From a virus, in IMG/VR virus record IMGVR_UViG_3300044678_002654, positions 24,343 to 88,342 of that record: a stretch of 64,000 nt of DNA; one strand, given 5' to 3'. The notes below the pieces were generated by a model. That model was not told the origin of the DNA, ran no database searches, and saw nothing but the letters and a program-made list of their open reading frames with translations. A program made the position numbers and the translations under genes. Positions 36,874-46,736 of the stretch are shown here, one piece after another. Every line of letters begins with the position of its first letter. Position 1 is the stretch's first letter.

Positions 36874-37307
36874 ACCTGCTCCAGCTACTGTCGAACGAAC
36901 TCTCCCTGGGAGTGATCGACGGCTACTGGAACAGGCACTGCGATGTCCTGGCCAAGCTGCTCAACAACATGAGGAAGCCCTGCGAGCCGAGCACGCAGCC
37001 GAGCACGCCGTGGCCAATCGTGAAGTTCCACCGAGCAGCGCGGGAGATGGCGCTCAGCCTTCGGAGCGTCTACAAGGGGCTCGGCATCGACGCCCCTGAA
37101 AACGTGCGCGGACCCCTGGAGGCGGTCCTCGCAACCGACCTGAATGCTGTCACCTTCGAGGACCGCGACGAGCTGGAAGCGACGATCGAGACTCTCAAGG
37201 CGCGGGTTGAAGAGCTCGAAGCCGCGATGGCCAGCACAGCAGAGGACTGCGAGAACTCCGCGACGTACCTGAAGGGCATGCTCTCGCGGAATCATCCCAG
37301 GTTCTGA
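36828..37307 (+). CDS. hypothetical protein with C-terminal coiled coil
   Basis: 159 aa; AAGGA upstream. Confidence 0.6.
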   Translation: MPDEKFITEVTEDEVNLLQLLSNELSLGVIDGYWNRHCDVLAKLLNNMRKPCEPSTQPSTPWPIVKFHRAAREMALSLRSVYKGLGIDAPENVRGPLEAVLATDLNAVTFEDRDELEATIETLKARVEELEAAMASTAEDCENSATYLKGMLSRNHPRF

Positions 37308-37319
37308 AAGGACACAACC

Positions 37320-37664
37320 ATGTTCAGATCGGTCGAACAACGCAATCTCGTTGCGCAGACGCTCTTCGGCGCCTTCGGCGCGGCCAACTGGTGGACAGCC
37401 GATGGGCCGACGCCCAGAGCCTTGACCCTCATGCAGGAGCGAGACGCCAACACATCGGCGATGGTGCTGGCGGACCTCGCCTTCGGCATGATCGACTACC
37501 GACACCCTGCCTTGACGATCGGAGGGTACATGACCCTCGATGAAGTGAACCGCGCGCTCGTTGGTAGTCTCTTGAACGCGATGGGGCAACGACAGAGCGC
37601 GGAGTACGTCGACATCTGGCTCTCGGCCTACGAGCACTATCGCGCGCAAACGCAGCGCCGCTGA
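37320..37664 (+). CDS. hypothetical protein
   Basis: AAAGGA RBS. Confidence 0.6.
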   Translation: MFRSVEQRNLVAQTLFGAFGAANWWTADGPTPRALTLMQERDANTSAMVLADLAFGMIDYRHPALTIGGYMTLDEVNRALVGSLLNAMGQRQSAEYVDIWLSAYEHYRAQTQRR

Positions 37665-37685
37665 CTCTCGCAAAGGATCAACACT

Positions 37686-37898
37686 GTGAAGAAGTACACC
37701 ACCGAGTCTCTCGCCGCTGCTCTCGGCATCTCACGCGACGACGCCTACTCCCTCCAGGTCTACCTCCGCCACGTCGGCGCCCTGGTCGAAAACGGGGAGG
37801 TCATCAAGAAGGACGGGACCAAGGGCAAGGGAGCCACCGTCTTCGTGGTCGACGCCGCGAAGATGGCAGACGTGTGTGAGAAGCTGAAGAGCCTCTGA
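37686..37898 (+). CDS. small winged-helix DNA-binding protein
   Basis: YTTESLAAALGISRDDAYSL...G.L...GTKGKGATVF. Confidence 0.6.
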   Translation: MKKYTTESLAAALGISRDDAYSLQVYLRHVGALVENGEVIKKDGTKGKGATVFVVDAAKMADVCEKLKSL

Positions 37899-38161
37899 TG
37901 GCAGCAAACCGCGAGTGGAAGGTTCAAGCAGGGACGCAGCATCCCGATGAGCCGGGGCATCTCTGCGAAGGAACCCTGCGTAGGTACGCAGAGAAGGCTG
38001 ACGAGTCCGTTGGCCCTTACATGGAGGAGGACTACGAGCAGGCCATCGTGGACCTCTTGTCCGACCTGATGCACCTCGCGGACCGTGAAGGGGAGGACTT
38101 CGAGTCACTCCTCGAAACTGCGCGAGGGCATTACCGAGCAGAGATCGACGGGGAGCTGTAA
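37898..38161 (+). CDS. small all-alpha protein (LLxDLxH family)
   Basis: IVDLLSDLMHLADREGEDFESLLETARGHY. Confidence 0.65.
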   Translation: MAANREWKVQAGTQHPDEPGHLCEGTLRRYAEKADESVGPYMEEDYEQAIVDLLSDLMHLADREGEDFESLLETARGHYRAEIDGEL

Positions 38162-38307
38162 CCCATGCACAAGCCGAAGCCTTACGCCCCTGATCTGTTC
38201 TACCCGAGGAACCGCGCCGAGCGCCGTAAGGCTCGACGGGACGGATACCCTGTTCGGCCCCCGTGGTCCTTCCCCATGGTTGTCTTAGGTCTGCCCGAGA
38301 AGAGCCT

Positions 38308-38565
38308 ATGAGCGGACACGTCTACCGTATCTACGACTTCGACGCCCCCAAGAAAGACGACAGTCTGGGGACTCTTTCACTCGGTGAAGTTGAGGACGCC
38401 CTCGACCACTTCGTCTGCAACGCATCGAACGAGAGCTGGGAGGCCGCCCTTCGCGCGGGGGACGACATCTACCTCTACGTCGACGGTGGCGTCGTCCACT
38501 GGGGCACCTCCAGGGCGCAGGTTCAAGAGTCATACGAGACCGGTCAAGATGACGTCGTCGACTGA
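38308..38565 (+). CDS. hypothetical protein
   Basis: ATG 38308; acidic. Confidence 0.5.
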   Translation: MSGHVYRIYDFDAPKKDDSLGTLSLGEVEDALDHFVCNASNESWEAALRAGDDIYLYVDGGVVHWGTSRAQVQESYETGQDDVVD

Positions 38566-38618
38566 GACATGTTCGACGACGCGTTCGACGACCCTGACTC
38601 ATTCCACTAGGAGAACGA

Positions 38619-39479
38619 ATGAAGATCAAAAAGAGCGAGTCAGAGGTCATCTCCGTCTTTCAAGACATCAGCCCTGCGCTGGCCGAAGAGTACCTCGCGA
38701 AGAACACGCACAACCGCCCTGTCAACAAGGAGCACGTCAAGGCGCTGGCGAAGGCCATGCGCGAAGGGCGTTGGCAGGTCACGCATCAGGGCATCGCCTT
38801 CAGCGAGGACCTCGTGCTCCTCGACGGGCAGCACCGACTGCTCGCGATCATCGAATCGGGCGTGACCGTTCGCATGCAGGTCACCATGGGCATGGCCAAG
38901 AACGCCCTCTTCGGCATCGACCAGAACAAGGTTCGCACCGTCGCGCAGAACCTCGGGCTCATGGGTCACACCTACTCCAAGATCGTGACCGCGTGGTCCA
39001 ACGTGGTCAAGAGCCTCCTCACAGGCGGCAGCGAGCGCACGTGGACCACGGAGGACGTGAAGCAGATCTACGCGGAGAACTATGAGTCCATCGACCGGGC
39101 CACGGTGATCCATGCGACCCCCATCCGCAACGGCCCGGTGGGCGCTGCATACCTGATCGCGTCGCCCGCCCACCGAGACAAGGTTCACGAGTTCTTCGTG
39201 AAGTTCCTGGGCGGAGAAGGTCTCGTGAGCGGCGACCCCGCCTATGCGGCGCACAAGTACTACTTCTGCTCCCCCAAGCGCGCGAGCGACGCCCGGTGGG
39301 AGGTGTCGGCGAAGCTGCTGCGCTGCGCGCAAGCGGCTGTCGAGAACGAGCGCCTTGAGTGGAGCCACGTGTTCGTGACCGAGGGCGCGCTGAGCTACTT
39401 CGAGGAGTTTCACCCGGCGAAGAGCGTGTTCGGGAAGCTCTACGCGGAGCGACGGATCATCGGGAAGTCTGCGAAGTGA
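38619..39479 (+). CDS. ParB/Srx N-terminal-like (DGQHR) domain protein
   Basis: ISPALAEEYLAKNTHNR...MREGRW...GIAF...LLDGQHRLLAI. Confidence 0.75.
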   Translation: MKIKKSESEVISVFQDISPALAEEYLAKNTHNRPVNKEHVKALAKAMREGRWQVTHQGIAFSEDLVLLDGQHRLLAIIESGVTVRMQVTMGMAKNALFGIDQNKVRTVAQNLGLMGHTYSKIVTAWSNVVKSLLTGGSERTWTTEDVKQIYAENYESIDRATVIHATPIRNGPVGAAYLIASPAHRDKVHEFFVKFLGGEGLVSGDPAYAAHKYYFCSPKRASDARWEVSAKLLRCAQAAVENERLEWSHVFVTEGALSYFEEFHPAKSVFGKLYAERRIIGKSAK

Positions 39480-39496
39480 GGGAGACAGCAATTCTG

Positions 39497-39886
39497 ATGG
39501 CAGACACAGACGTAGAAATGCTGCGCACAGTGAACGCGACCGGGCTGCGCCGCGTCATCGAGGCGCTGGAGCGTCTGGAGGACAAGCGGTTGGACGCCGC
39601 GATGCTCTGGAACAAGAAGGACAACTGCGGTTGTCTGTTGGGCGCTATCTATCCGAAGAGCCCAGAGATGAAGGCGTACAGCCTCGTGAGAATAAAACGG
39701 AGCGGTGGTTCTGCCTGGGTAGACGAGGAGCGTGAAGCGCTGGAAGCCTGGGGCAAAGAGATGTCGTTGTCCCCGGCAGATGCTGCGCACCTTCAGTCTT
39801 TCAACGACTCCACGTATATGACGCTCGAAGCTCGCTACGCCTACATCCTTGAGGCGTTGAAGAAGGCGGTGTCTGATGACGAATGA
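39497..39886 (+). CDS. CGCxxG/ND/RY family paralogue 1
   Basis: KRL...W...CGCLLG...W..EM.L....LQSFND...ARY. Confidence 0.7.
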   Translation: MADTDVEMLRTVNATGLRRVIEALERLEDKRLDAAMLWNKKDNCGCLLGAIYPKSPEMKAYSLVRIKRSGGSAWVDEEREALEAWGKEMSLSPADAAHLQSFNDSTYMTLEARYAYILEALKKAVSDDE

Positions 39887-40283
39887 AGCACTGAAGAAGG
39901 TCATCGAACTGCTCGAAGGGCTCAAGGACAAGAGGCTCGCTCACACTTGGCTCTGGGATCAGGGTCTCGGGTGCGGGTGCCTGATGGGATCGATCTGCGG
40001 CGAGGAGGTTCGCAAGAGCGTTCGGCGTCAGGCGCTGGCCTACCAGGACGTGGTGGCGGAGGGCATGCCTGTCATGTTCGCGAGCCCGGAGGCAGCGGCG
40101 TGGGCGCGCAGCATGGGGCTGACCGCAGAGAATGTGTACCAACTCCAAGGAGAGAACGACGCGATGCGCTTGATCTCGCCCGAGGCGCGCTACACCAGGA
40201 TGCTGGAGTGGCTCAAGAACGAGCTGCGGGTGAAGGAAGAGTGCGCCGCCTGGAACGAGAAGAACGGGATCAGCCATGAGTAG
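39876..40283 (+). CDS. CGCxxG/ND/RY family paralogue 2
   Basis: KRL...W...CGCLMG...WARSMGL...LQGEND...ARY. Confidence 0.7.
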   Translation: MTNEALKKVIELLEGLKDKRLAHTWLWDQGLGCGCLMGSICGEEVRKSVRRQALAYQDVVAEGMPVMFASPEAAAWARSMGLTAENVYQLQGENDAMRLISPEARYTRMLEWLKNELRVKEECAAWNEKNGISHE

Positions 40284-40305
40284 GGTTTCGCGGAGTGAAG
40301 GTGCC

Positions 40306-40932
40306 ATGAAGAAGGCCGCGCTCACAGCTCGCTCTCTCAAGAAGACCTACGGTCCTTACGCCCTGCACGTGCTCGCCGGGCACCTCGTCGAAGACGACAA
40401 CGGGTACACCCTCATCGAGGGCAAGACGCTTCCCACGCCGGAGGAGTACAACCGGCTCGCGGAGAAGTACTACACGTACACCGTCGACAGCCTCATCGAT
40501 GACGCCTTCTCGGTGATCGAAGAGCTCGCCGGGGAGATGCGCGAGGGCTTCGACAACATGGAAGGCGGCAACCTGGGCAGCACCCAGAAGTGCCAGACCT
40601 ACGGCGAGACGGCCGACACCCTCGAAGGGGTCAACGCCCCGGACCTGCCGGACGCGCTGAACAACATCAAGGTCATTCGCTACCCGTCGACATCCAAGTC
40701 CACGGGCCGCGCCCACCGCGCGAGCGAGGCGTCGTCAGACCTGAACCTCGCGGCGGATGCGATCGAGGAGTGGGTCACAGACAAGCGCGAGATGCTCGAC
40801 GAGCGGGATGACGACGACAACGAGGAGACCGAAGAGGAGCTCGACCTCGATGGCCTGGACTCTCTCGCGGAGGAGCTGCGCAACGCTGCGAGTGAGCTCG
40901 AAGGGTGTGAGTTCCCGGGGATGTTCGGATGA
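40306..40932 (+). CDS. acidic helical hypothetical protein
   Basis: long D/E-rich C-terminus ending EFPGMFG. Confidence 0.7.
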   Translation: MKKAALTARSLKKTYGPYALHVLAGHLVEDDNGYTLIEGKTLPTPEEYNRLAEKYYTYTVDSLIDDAFSVIEELAGEMREGFDNMEGGNLGSTQKCQTYGETADTLEGVNAPDLPDALNNIKVIRYPSTSKSTGRAHRASEASSDLNLAADAIEEWVTDKREMLDERDDDDNEETEEELDLDGLDSLAEELRNAASELEGCEFPGMFG

Positions 40933-41270
40933 CGCTCACCTACAAACGCCTCTACCGACTCACCTACTCCCATGAATTCGGGGCCGATACCTACGCGTTC
41001 TCCTCCAGTGAGGAGCGTGAGCGAGGCGCGTGCCAGATCATCATCGGTTGGTGGGATGAGATCAACGACCGCGTCGTGCGCGAAAAGCTCCGCGAGCATC
41101 TCCGAAACGAGAAATGGACACACGCTGTCGAGCTGTGGCGATCCTACCAAGTGGATGGTGACGGGCTGGGGGAAGAGTTCCACTTTCACGAAGAGGTCTT
41201 GACGTTCATCGAAGTTCAGTCACCCGTCACGGTCGCTGAGCCACCGGCAGAAAAAGGAGAACCCACGTGA
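40929..41270 (+). CDS. tandem paralogue A (RGACQII.xWWDEI)
   Basis: shares motif and flanks with 41267..41617. Confidence 0.7.
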   Translation: MTLTYKRLYRLTYSHEFGADTYAFSSSEERERGACQIIIGWWDEINDRVVREKLREHLRNEKWTHAVELWRSYQVDGDGLGEEFHFHEEVLTFIEVQSPVTVAEPPAEKGEPT

Positions 41271-41617
41271 GCGACTACGTCTACCTTCTCGTCTACCGCA
41301 ACCGCCAAGGCGAGGACGTTTTCGTCTACCGAAACGAAGACGCCCGTTTTCGCGGCGCGTGCCAGATCATCGTCGATTGGTGGGACGAGATCAAAAGTCG
41401 TGACGCGCGTGACACGATCCGTGAGCACCTCAACAAGGAGGAGTGGGCAGAAGCTGTCGGAGTATGGCAGGACTACCAGGAAGAAGACCCTAGCAGCCTG
41501 GGAGAAGAGCTCAACTTCTATGACGAGAGCTGCGTCGAAGACTACGTAGTCGTTCCCGCACCCCCGGCAGAGGAAGAAGAGAACGTGGAAGAGCACAACG
41601 AAGAAGGGCAGGACTGA
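41267..41617 (+). CDS. tandem paralogue B (RGACQII.xWWDEI)
   Basis: shares motif and flanks with 40929..41270; AGGAG RBS. Confidence 0.7.
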   Translation: MSDYVYLLVYRNRQGEDVFVYRNEDARFRGACQIIVDWWDEIKSRDARDTIREHLNKEEWAEAVGVWQDYQEEDPSSLGEELNFYDESCVEDYVVVPAPPAEEEENVEEHNEEGQD

Positions 41618-41619
41618 CC

Positions 41620-41904
41620 ATGCGACCGACCATGCCGAAGATCCTCAAGGCTGACGGTTCCCGTGAAGCCATTGGGGCACCCAAGTCGAAGGGCTTCAAG
41701 CTCAACGAGATTCAGAAGATCGTCGGAGGCTACGTCGAGCTTGTCATGCTGTCACCGAGGACGATCATGCTCGTCAACGAGGAAGGCAAGCTCATGAACC
41801 TCCCCGTCAACAAGGTCGCCACCCGCATCTTCCGAAGGATGCGGCGTAGCGCCGACACCATTCACGGTGACGTGCTGGTCTGCGCCACGGAGCACTTCAA
41901 GTGA
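41620..41904 (+). CDS. DUF3846-family protein
   Basis: LNEIQKIVGGYVE...MLVNEEGKL..LPVN..AT...IHGDVLV. Confidence 0.8.
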   Translation: MRPTMPKILKADGSREAIGAPKSKGFKLNEIQKIVGGYVELVMLSPRTIMLVNEEGKLMNLPVNKVATRIFRRMRRSADTIHGDVLVCATEHFK

Positions 41905-42272
41905 GTGGCAACCGCTTCGACCTCGTCGGATACCTCTACGACAAGCGCTACTATTGTGTCCCCTGCATGAAGGGAGACGACGATGGCGGTGACGTAGAGG
42001 TCAGCCACATCAAAGCCGTCTTTCGCGGCACACGCCATGCCGAAGGCTACACCTGCACCGTCTGCTGCGAGCCTCTCGTCACAAAGAAGCAGGGCAAGAC
42101 CTTCGAGGTCAGCATCGTGTTCAAGGGGCAACGCAACTACATCGTCGAAGCCCCGGACAGCGAGACGGCCAAGGACTTCGCGCATGCGCGCTACAGCGAA
42201 GGAGAGCTCGGAGAGAGCACCGGGAGCGAGTACCAGGAGATCGAGAACGTCTCGGCGAAAGAGGTTCCATGA
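41901..42272 (+). CDS. hypothetical zinc-binding protein
   Basis: YCVPC...CTVCC. Confidence 0.6.
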   Translation: MSGNRFDLVGYLYDKRYYCVPCMKGDDDGGDVEVSHIKAVFRGTRHAEGYTCTVCCEPLVTKKQGKTFEVSIVFKGQRNYIVEAPDSETAKDFAHARYSEGELGESTGSEYQEIENVSAKEVP

Positions 42273-42511
42273 AGCAACTTCGGCCCTTCCTGGTCACAGA
42301 AACGTACACGCGGGTTGGCACACGCAGCATCACCGTCCACGCGGAAAGCGCCGAGGCCGCGATCCAGTTGTCCCGGCGGTCCAGAGTGCATTGGGACGTC
42401 GGAGATGAGAAGCTCCAAGAGGAGACGTTCACGGCCTACGACAAGCAGAAGGACCCTGTCCATGCGGCGCTCGTGGTCGTCGCGACACCGAAGAGGGAGG
42501 TAGGCGGATGA
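42269..42511 (+). CDS. hypothetical protein
   Basis: ITVHAESAEAAI motif; coupled to neighbours. Confidence 0.55.
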   Translation: MKQLRPFLVTETYTRVGTRSITVHAESAEAAIQLSRRSRVHWDVGDEKLQEETFTAYDKQKDPVHAALVVVATPKREVGG

Positions 42512-43113
42512 ACGCGATCAACTGTCACGAAGAGTTGTTCGATGCGGTGGGGGTAGACTGGGACCCGCAGGACGTGAAGAGGAGCGACTCGCTCTTGTCG
42601 GGTCGGGTGTACAAGTCGACCGACTGCGGCGCGTGGGTGAAGCTGGAGCGGGAGTGCCTGGAGGAGTGCGGTGAACCGCTCCAGGAGACATGGGTGTTCG
42701 TGTTCGACCTGACGGAGACGAAGGCGAAGCTGCTGTACGGGGTGCTAGCGCCGCACGGGGAGGCGTATCCGCCCGAGTCGATGCCGAGAGACGTGGTGGA
42801 GTACGCGCTGCCGTTCGACGGGACGATCGATTCGTCGGAGATCCTGGCGCTCAAGCCGGTCGACGGAGAGGCGGGGTCTGGATCTCGCACGTCGTACAGG
42901 GTGCAGTGCGTAGTCAGCCGCAAGCAGTACAGGGTCGTAGCAGAAGGAGTGACGATCGGGTCGATCGTGGAGGGATCGGACGCGGAAGTCATGCCCGTGA
43001 CGCTCCGTTACCCGTTCACGCGGGACGAATGGGATCGTGCGGTCGAAGACGTGGAGATGGAAGCGTCGATGCTCTGGGACGAGGCGAACGGATCAGACGA
43101 CGATGACGAATGA
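42508..43113 (+). CDS. hypothetical protein
   Basis: GGAGG RBS; VYKSTDCGAW...IGSIVEGSDAEV; visibly G-rich codon style. Confidence 0.7.
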   Translation: MNAINCHEELFDAVGVDWDPQDVKRSDSLLSGRVYKSTDCGAWVKLERECLEECGEPLQETWVFVFDLTETKAKLLYGVLAPHGEAYPPESMPRDVVEYALPFDGTIDSSEILALKPVDGEAGSGSRTSYRVQCVVSRKQYRVVAEGVTIGSIVEGSDAEVMPVTLRYPFTRDEWDRAVEDVEMEASMLWDEANGSDDDDE

Positions 43114-43817
43114 GCCTCACCGTTGACCTTCGTAACCTCCGCCTTGAGAAGAAGGTCCGCGCTGAGCCAGAAGGCTACAGCCGTCTACGACAAGTTCGTA
43201 GACGATTGGAAGGAGAAGGTACGGTAACATGACACAAGACGTTCACGCGGTGAAGCCGAAGGTCTCGCGTGGGCCAAGCTGCCCTCCGCCAAGTGGGAAA
43301 ATGGCCCGCTTGCGCTTCCGTGTGTCAGCAGGTGAAGGAGGTGCCCAATGAGTGAAAAGCGGCTCAAGAACGCGGGTGTTGATTGACACGCATGCTCGCG
43401 TGGCAAGCGCACCTCTCCTCGTCCATTGAGGCCGTGCTCAACGCCCTGCGCGAAAACAAGCCCTTCACACCGAGCGCAGACGTCTCACGCTCCCTGCGAA
43501 TTCTGCGCCGTAGGTACAGGACACAAGTGGTGGCGTGGTTCCACGCCTGGGTGGTGTGGCATCAGGTTGAGTTCCGACGCTTTCGCAAGGTGCGGTCGAA
43601 GGTGCATCGACGGAACCGAAACCGTCGGCGCTGGCTTCACTACCAGCTCAGCCTCGCCTGGACAGCGCATGACACGCTCGCGCGTGCAGTCAGGGCGGTT
43701 GCGGACGCGGTAGACTACAACCGAGAAGTTGAGTTCAGCCGCTACAACTATCTCGACTCTATCTACTGATTCCTCGAAAGGTACACATCCCATGAACAAG
43801 AAGCGTGATTTCACGAG

Positions 43818-44315
43818 GTGAACATGCAACACAGCACTGTCATCGCTGAGAAGCACCTACTCGTCCCTGACTGCGACGACGACCGAGCCCATTGGAACGA
43901 GGGCCGTCAGTTCGCCAATCGTCATCACGCCGCCGCGCAGCGAAGGGTGTACGCCACCGGCCGCGTGGAGTGGGCGCCCGAACTCAATCTGCGCGTGAAG
44001 ACGTTCGCCTCGGGCGATCGCGTGGGGCATTGGAGTCCTCCCATGGACCTGCGCATCGAGCCAGACGGAACACGCCGTGAAGTTCACAGCCACACCGGTG
44101 AAAGTCTCAAAGGCACCCGTGCGGGAGTCTGGGCTCACTGGTCGCAATGGCCGGTAGACCCCGAAAACAATAACCACATCGTCATCTGGGGCGGAGACGA
44201 CACCTACCTGGAGCGCGTAAGGTTGCCCACCGAGAAGGCGCGGCGCATCTGGGAGATGCTCAACGACTTCGTCACGATCAAGACGCTCTGGCGTCTTGGA
44301 TTCACTGTTACCTGA
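43818..44315 (+). CDS. hypothetical protein
   Basis: GTG within palindrome (or ATG 43824); IWGGDDTYLE. Confidence 0.6.
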   Translation: MNMQHSTVIAEKHLLVPDCDDDRAHWNEGRQFANRHHAAAQRRVYATGRVEWAPELNLRVKTFASGDRVGHWSPPMDLRIEPDGTRREVHSHTGESLKGTRAGVWAHWSQWPVDPENNNHIVIWGGDDTYLERVRLPTEKARRIWEMLNDFVTIKTLWRLGFTVT

Positions 44316-44327
44316 ACAAAGGACCGA

Positions 44328-44588
44328 GTGAACTACTACAGGCGCATCCCGCCCCGCCCGGCATGTTGTCCACAGCCTCCAAACGAACCGCTCTCTGAAG
44401 AGGCTCTGCGACGAATGGGGCGCGACCACTTCCGCCTCAAGTACACCATGTCGCCGGGTTTCCAGGGGGGCACGGTCTGGATGTGGGTCGACGACGCGTT
44501 CAGGTTCAACACGTTTGAGACGGAGGCCGAGGCGCGCAAGTTCGTAGCGCAGTGGGGCATCGAAGACAGGGTTGAGTGGAGACTATGA
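44328..44588 (+). CDS. hypothetical protein
   Basis: AAGGA RBS; FETEAEARKF. Confidence 0.55.
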   Translation: MNYYRRIPPRPACCPQPPNEPLSEEALRRMGRDHFRLKYTMSPGFQGGTVWMWVDDAFRFNTFETEAEARKFVAQWGIEDRVEWRL

Positions 44589-44921
44589 GCAAAATCGCAT
44601 CAGCCAACATCTTCTACGGTGTGACCTTCAGCAAGGAGCAACTAAAAGCGGCCAACGGTTACAACTGGCTCGCCGAGTTCGGTCCTGGCTCCTCGCTCAT
44701 GATACTGAGCCTTTGGCGCGGGCACTACGCGCTCTGCGTGAGGAAGTCCTTTCGGTTCCTTGAGAGCGTAACTGTGCTACCTCTGGGCGAAACGCTGCTG
44801 TCAGACAGATTCGACAAAGAGGTGTGTGATATGAAGGAAGATTACCGAAAGGTATTCGGGGAAGAGTGCACGCCCTCTTGGCACCTCGCAGCGCTGCCCT
44901 AACGCAAAAAAAGAAAACCAC

Positions 44922-45350
44922 ATGAACTGCCACTCTTGCACAGACACCTACGGCGAAGCGCTCGACGCGAGCGACCGACGGTGGCGCACGCTCTGCGCCT
45001 GTGAGCGCCTCGTTGTCTGCCGGTGCAAGCAGCGAGCGACACACGCATTCCTCGACGACGAAGGCGAAGTGGACCGCTTCGTCTGCAACCGGCACGGTGT
45101 TTCAGCGGAGGACCGTGCGGGGATCGAGACTGTTCACGGAGTGAAAGTGGTGGCGGCCACCGCAGAGGCCGACGCACCACAACGTGAGCGAGGCAAGAAG
45201 CTGAGTGGCGGAGTCCTCGTACACATCTCTTGCCGCTGCGGCAAGTCGGTCTACGAAGGCCGGGACCCCACCCGTGACGACCAGATGAAGGCGCTGGGAG
45301 CCATCAAGTCGTGCTCGGTGTGCCAACACGGAAGGAGGAAGACGGGATAA
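44922..45350 (+). CDS. Cys-rich hypothetical protein
   Basis: multiple CxxC/CxC. Confidence 0.55.
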   Translation: MNCHSCTDTYGEALDASDRRWRTLCACERLVVCRCKQRATHAFLDDEGEVDRFVCNRHGVSAEDRAGIETVHGVKVVAATAEADAPQRERGKKLSGGVLVHISCRCGKSVYEGRDPTRDDQMKALGAIKSCSVCQHGRRKTG

Positions 45351-45377
45351 AGCCGCGAGGCGGCTTACCCTAGTCGC

Positions 45378-46736
45378 GTGTTGATCAGTCGCCCGCTACG
45401 ACCTGCCACTGCTGCGCCCACCGGACCCGCCAGCGGAGATCTAGGCGGAGCCTACCCTGCGCCCACGGTCACCAGCGGTGCGAATCACACGCACACCTCG
45501 GGACAAATCACCGGGACAATCACACCCTCCAGCGGGGCGGGCGGAGACCTGGGCGGGACGTACCCCAACCCGACGGTCACCAGCGGCGCGAATCACACGC
45601 ACAGCGCGTCTCAGGTCGCCAGCGGCACTCTCGCGGTGGCGCGAGGCGGAACGGGTGGTGCTACCGCTGCGGATGCGCGTACGTCGCTGGGCGTGGTGCC
45701 TACCACACGGGCGATCAGTGCAGGCACGGGACTCACGGGCGGGGGTGATCTCGGCGCAGATCGCACGATCACCGTCGACACAGATTCGATCGCAACGCGA
45801 AGCTACGTGGATGCGACCGTCGGCGGGCTGCTCTACAAAAGAGCCTGCCGTGCGGTCGCGACCGCCAATGTAGCGTCGCGATCCGGCCCTACGACGATCG
45901 ACGGCGTCGCCCTCGTTGGGGGCGATCGCGTGTTGCTCACGGCGCAGAGCACGGCGGCTCAGAACGGCCCCTGGATCGTCGCTGCGGGTGCGTGGTCACG
46001 CCCGTCACCGACGGAGCTACAAGCATCTGCGGCGTTTCCCGTGAGCGAGGGGGGCGCCTTCGCGGACTCGATCTGGTACATCACGACGAACGACCCGATC
46101 ACCGAAGGCGTCACGTCCGTGTCGGTCGCGCGGGCCACGATGACCGTCACGGTGTCGGGGATCACCGACTCCAGCATCGTCGGCCGCGCCTCGCTCACCG
46201 CCGTAGACGAAGCCGCAGGGCGCGCGGCCATCAACGCTGCGGCAGCGTCCCACACCCACGGCGCTGCGGACATCGCCAGCGGAACCCTGACAGTGGCGCG
46301 AGGCGGTACGGGGAGCGGCAACGCGGCGGGTGCACGGGCTGCACTCGGAGTCGATGACGGGCCTCGGATGATCCCGTTGTTCGACTACTTTGCCACCACG
46401 GATGGTGTAGTCGACGTGAAGGGCGGCGCGGGCTTCACTCCCTCCGACTACGCGATCCCGGGCCGCATCACCGAGGTTACTCTCGACGCAATCGGACGCG
46501 TCAGCAGTGCAGGACGTACCGGCACGCTCCGACTGCTCAACGAGGCGAACGACGTGGTCGCAACGCTCTCGTGGACTGAGACAAACCGCACGAGGAAAAC
46601 CGTACTTTTCACGCTCCCGGCGAGCGCCGTGATCTGGCGTCCTCAGGTGAGTTGTACAGGCATCGTGGACCCGATCACCGACTACGCGATCATCAGCGGC
46701 GCACACGTCCGCATCACTCGGAGAGCTGAAGAATGA
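45378..46736 (+). CDS. tail fibre / virion appendage protein
   Basis: duplicated GDLGGxYPxPTVTSGANHTH, HTH metal-type motifs, SGTLxVARGGTG x2, IDGVALVGGDRVLLTAQSTAAQNG. Confidence 0.75.
   Translation: MLISRPLRPATAAPTGPASGDLGGAYPAPTVTSGANHTHTSGQITGTITPSSGAGGDLGGTYPNPTVTSGANHTHSASQVASGTLAVARGGTGGATAADARTSLGVVPTTRAISAGTGLTGGGDLGADRTITVDTDSIATRSYVDATVGGLLYKRACRAVATANVASRSGPTTIDGVALVGGDRVLLTAQSTAAQNGPWIVAAGAWSRPSPTELQASAAFPVSEGGAFADSIWYITTNDPITEGVTSVSVARATMTVTVSGITDSSIVGRASLTAVDEAAGRAAINAAAASHTHGAADIASGTLTVARGGTGSGNAAGARAALGVDDGPRMIPLFDYFATTDGVVDVKGGAGFTPSDYAIPGRITEVTLDAIGRVSSAGRTGTLRLLNEANDVVATLSWTETNRTRKTVLFTLPASAVIWRPQVSCTGIVDPITDYAIISGAHVRITRRAEE
45433..45603 (+). repeat. intragenic imperfect direct repeat (~63 bp x2, 108 bp period)
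   Basis: gcggagaYctRggcgg...acggtcaccagcggYgcgaatcacacgcaca at ~45433 and ~45541. Confidence 0.8.
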
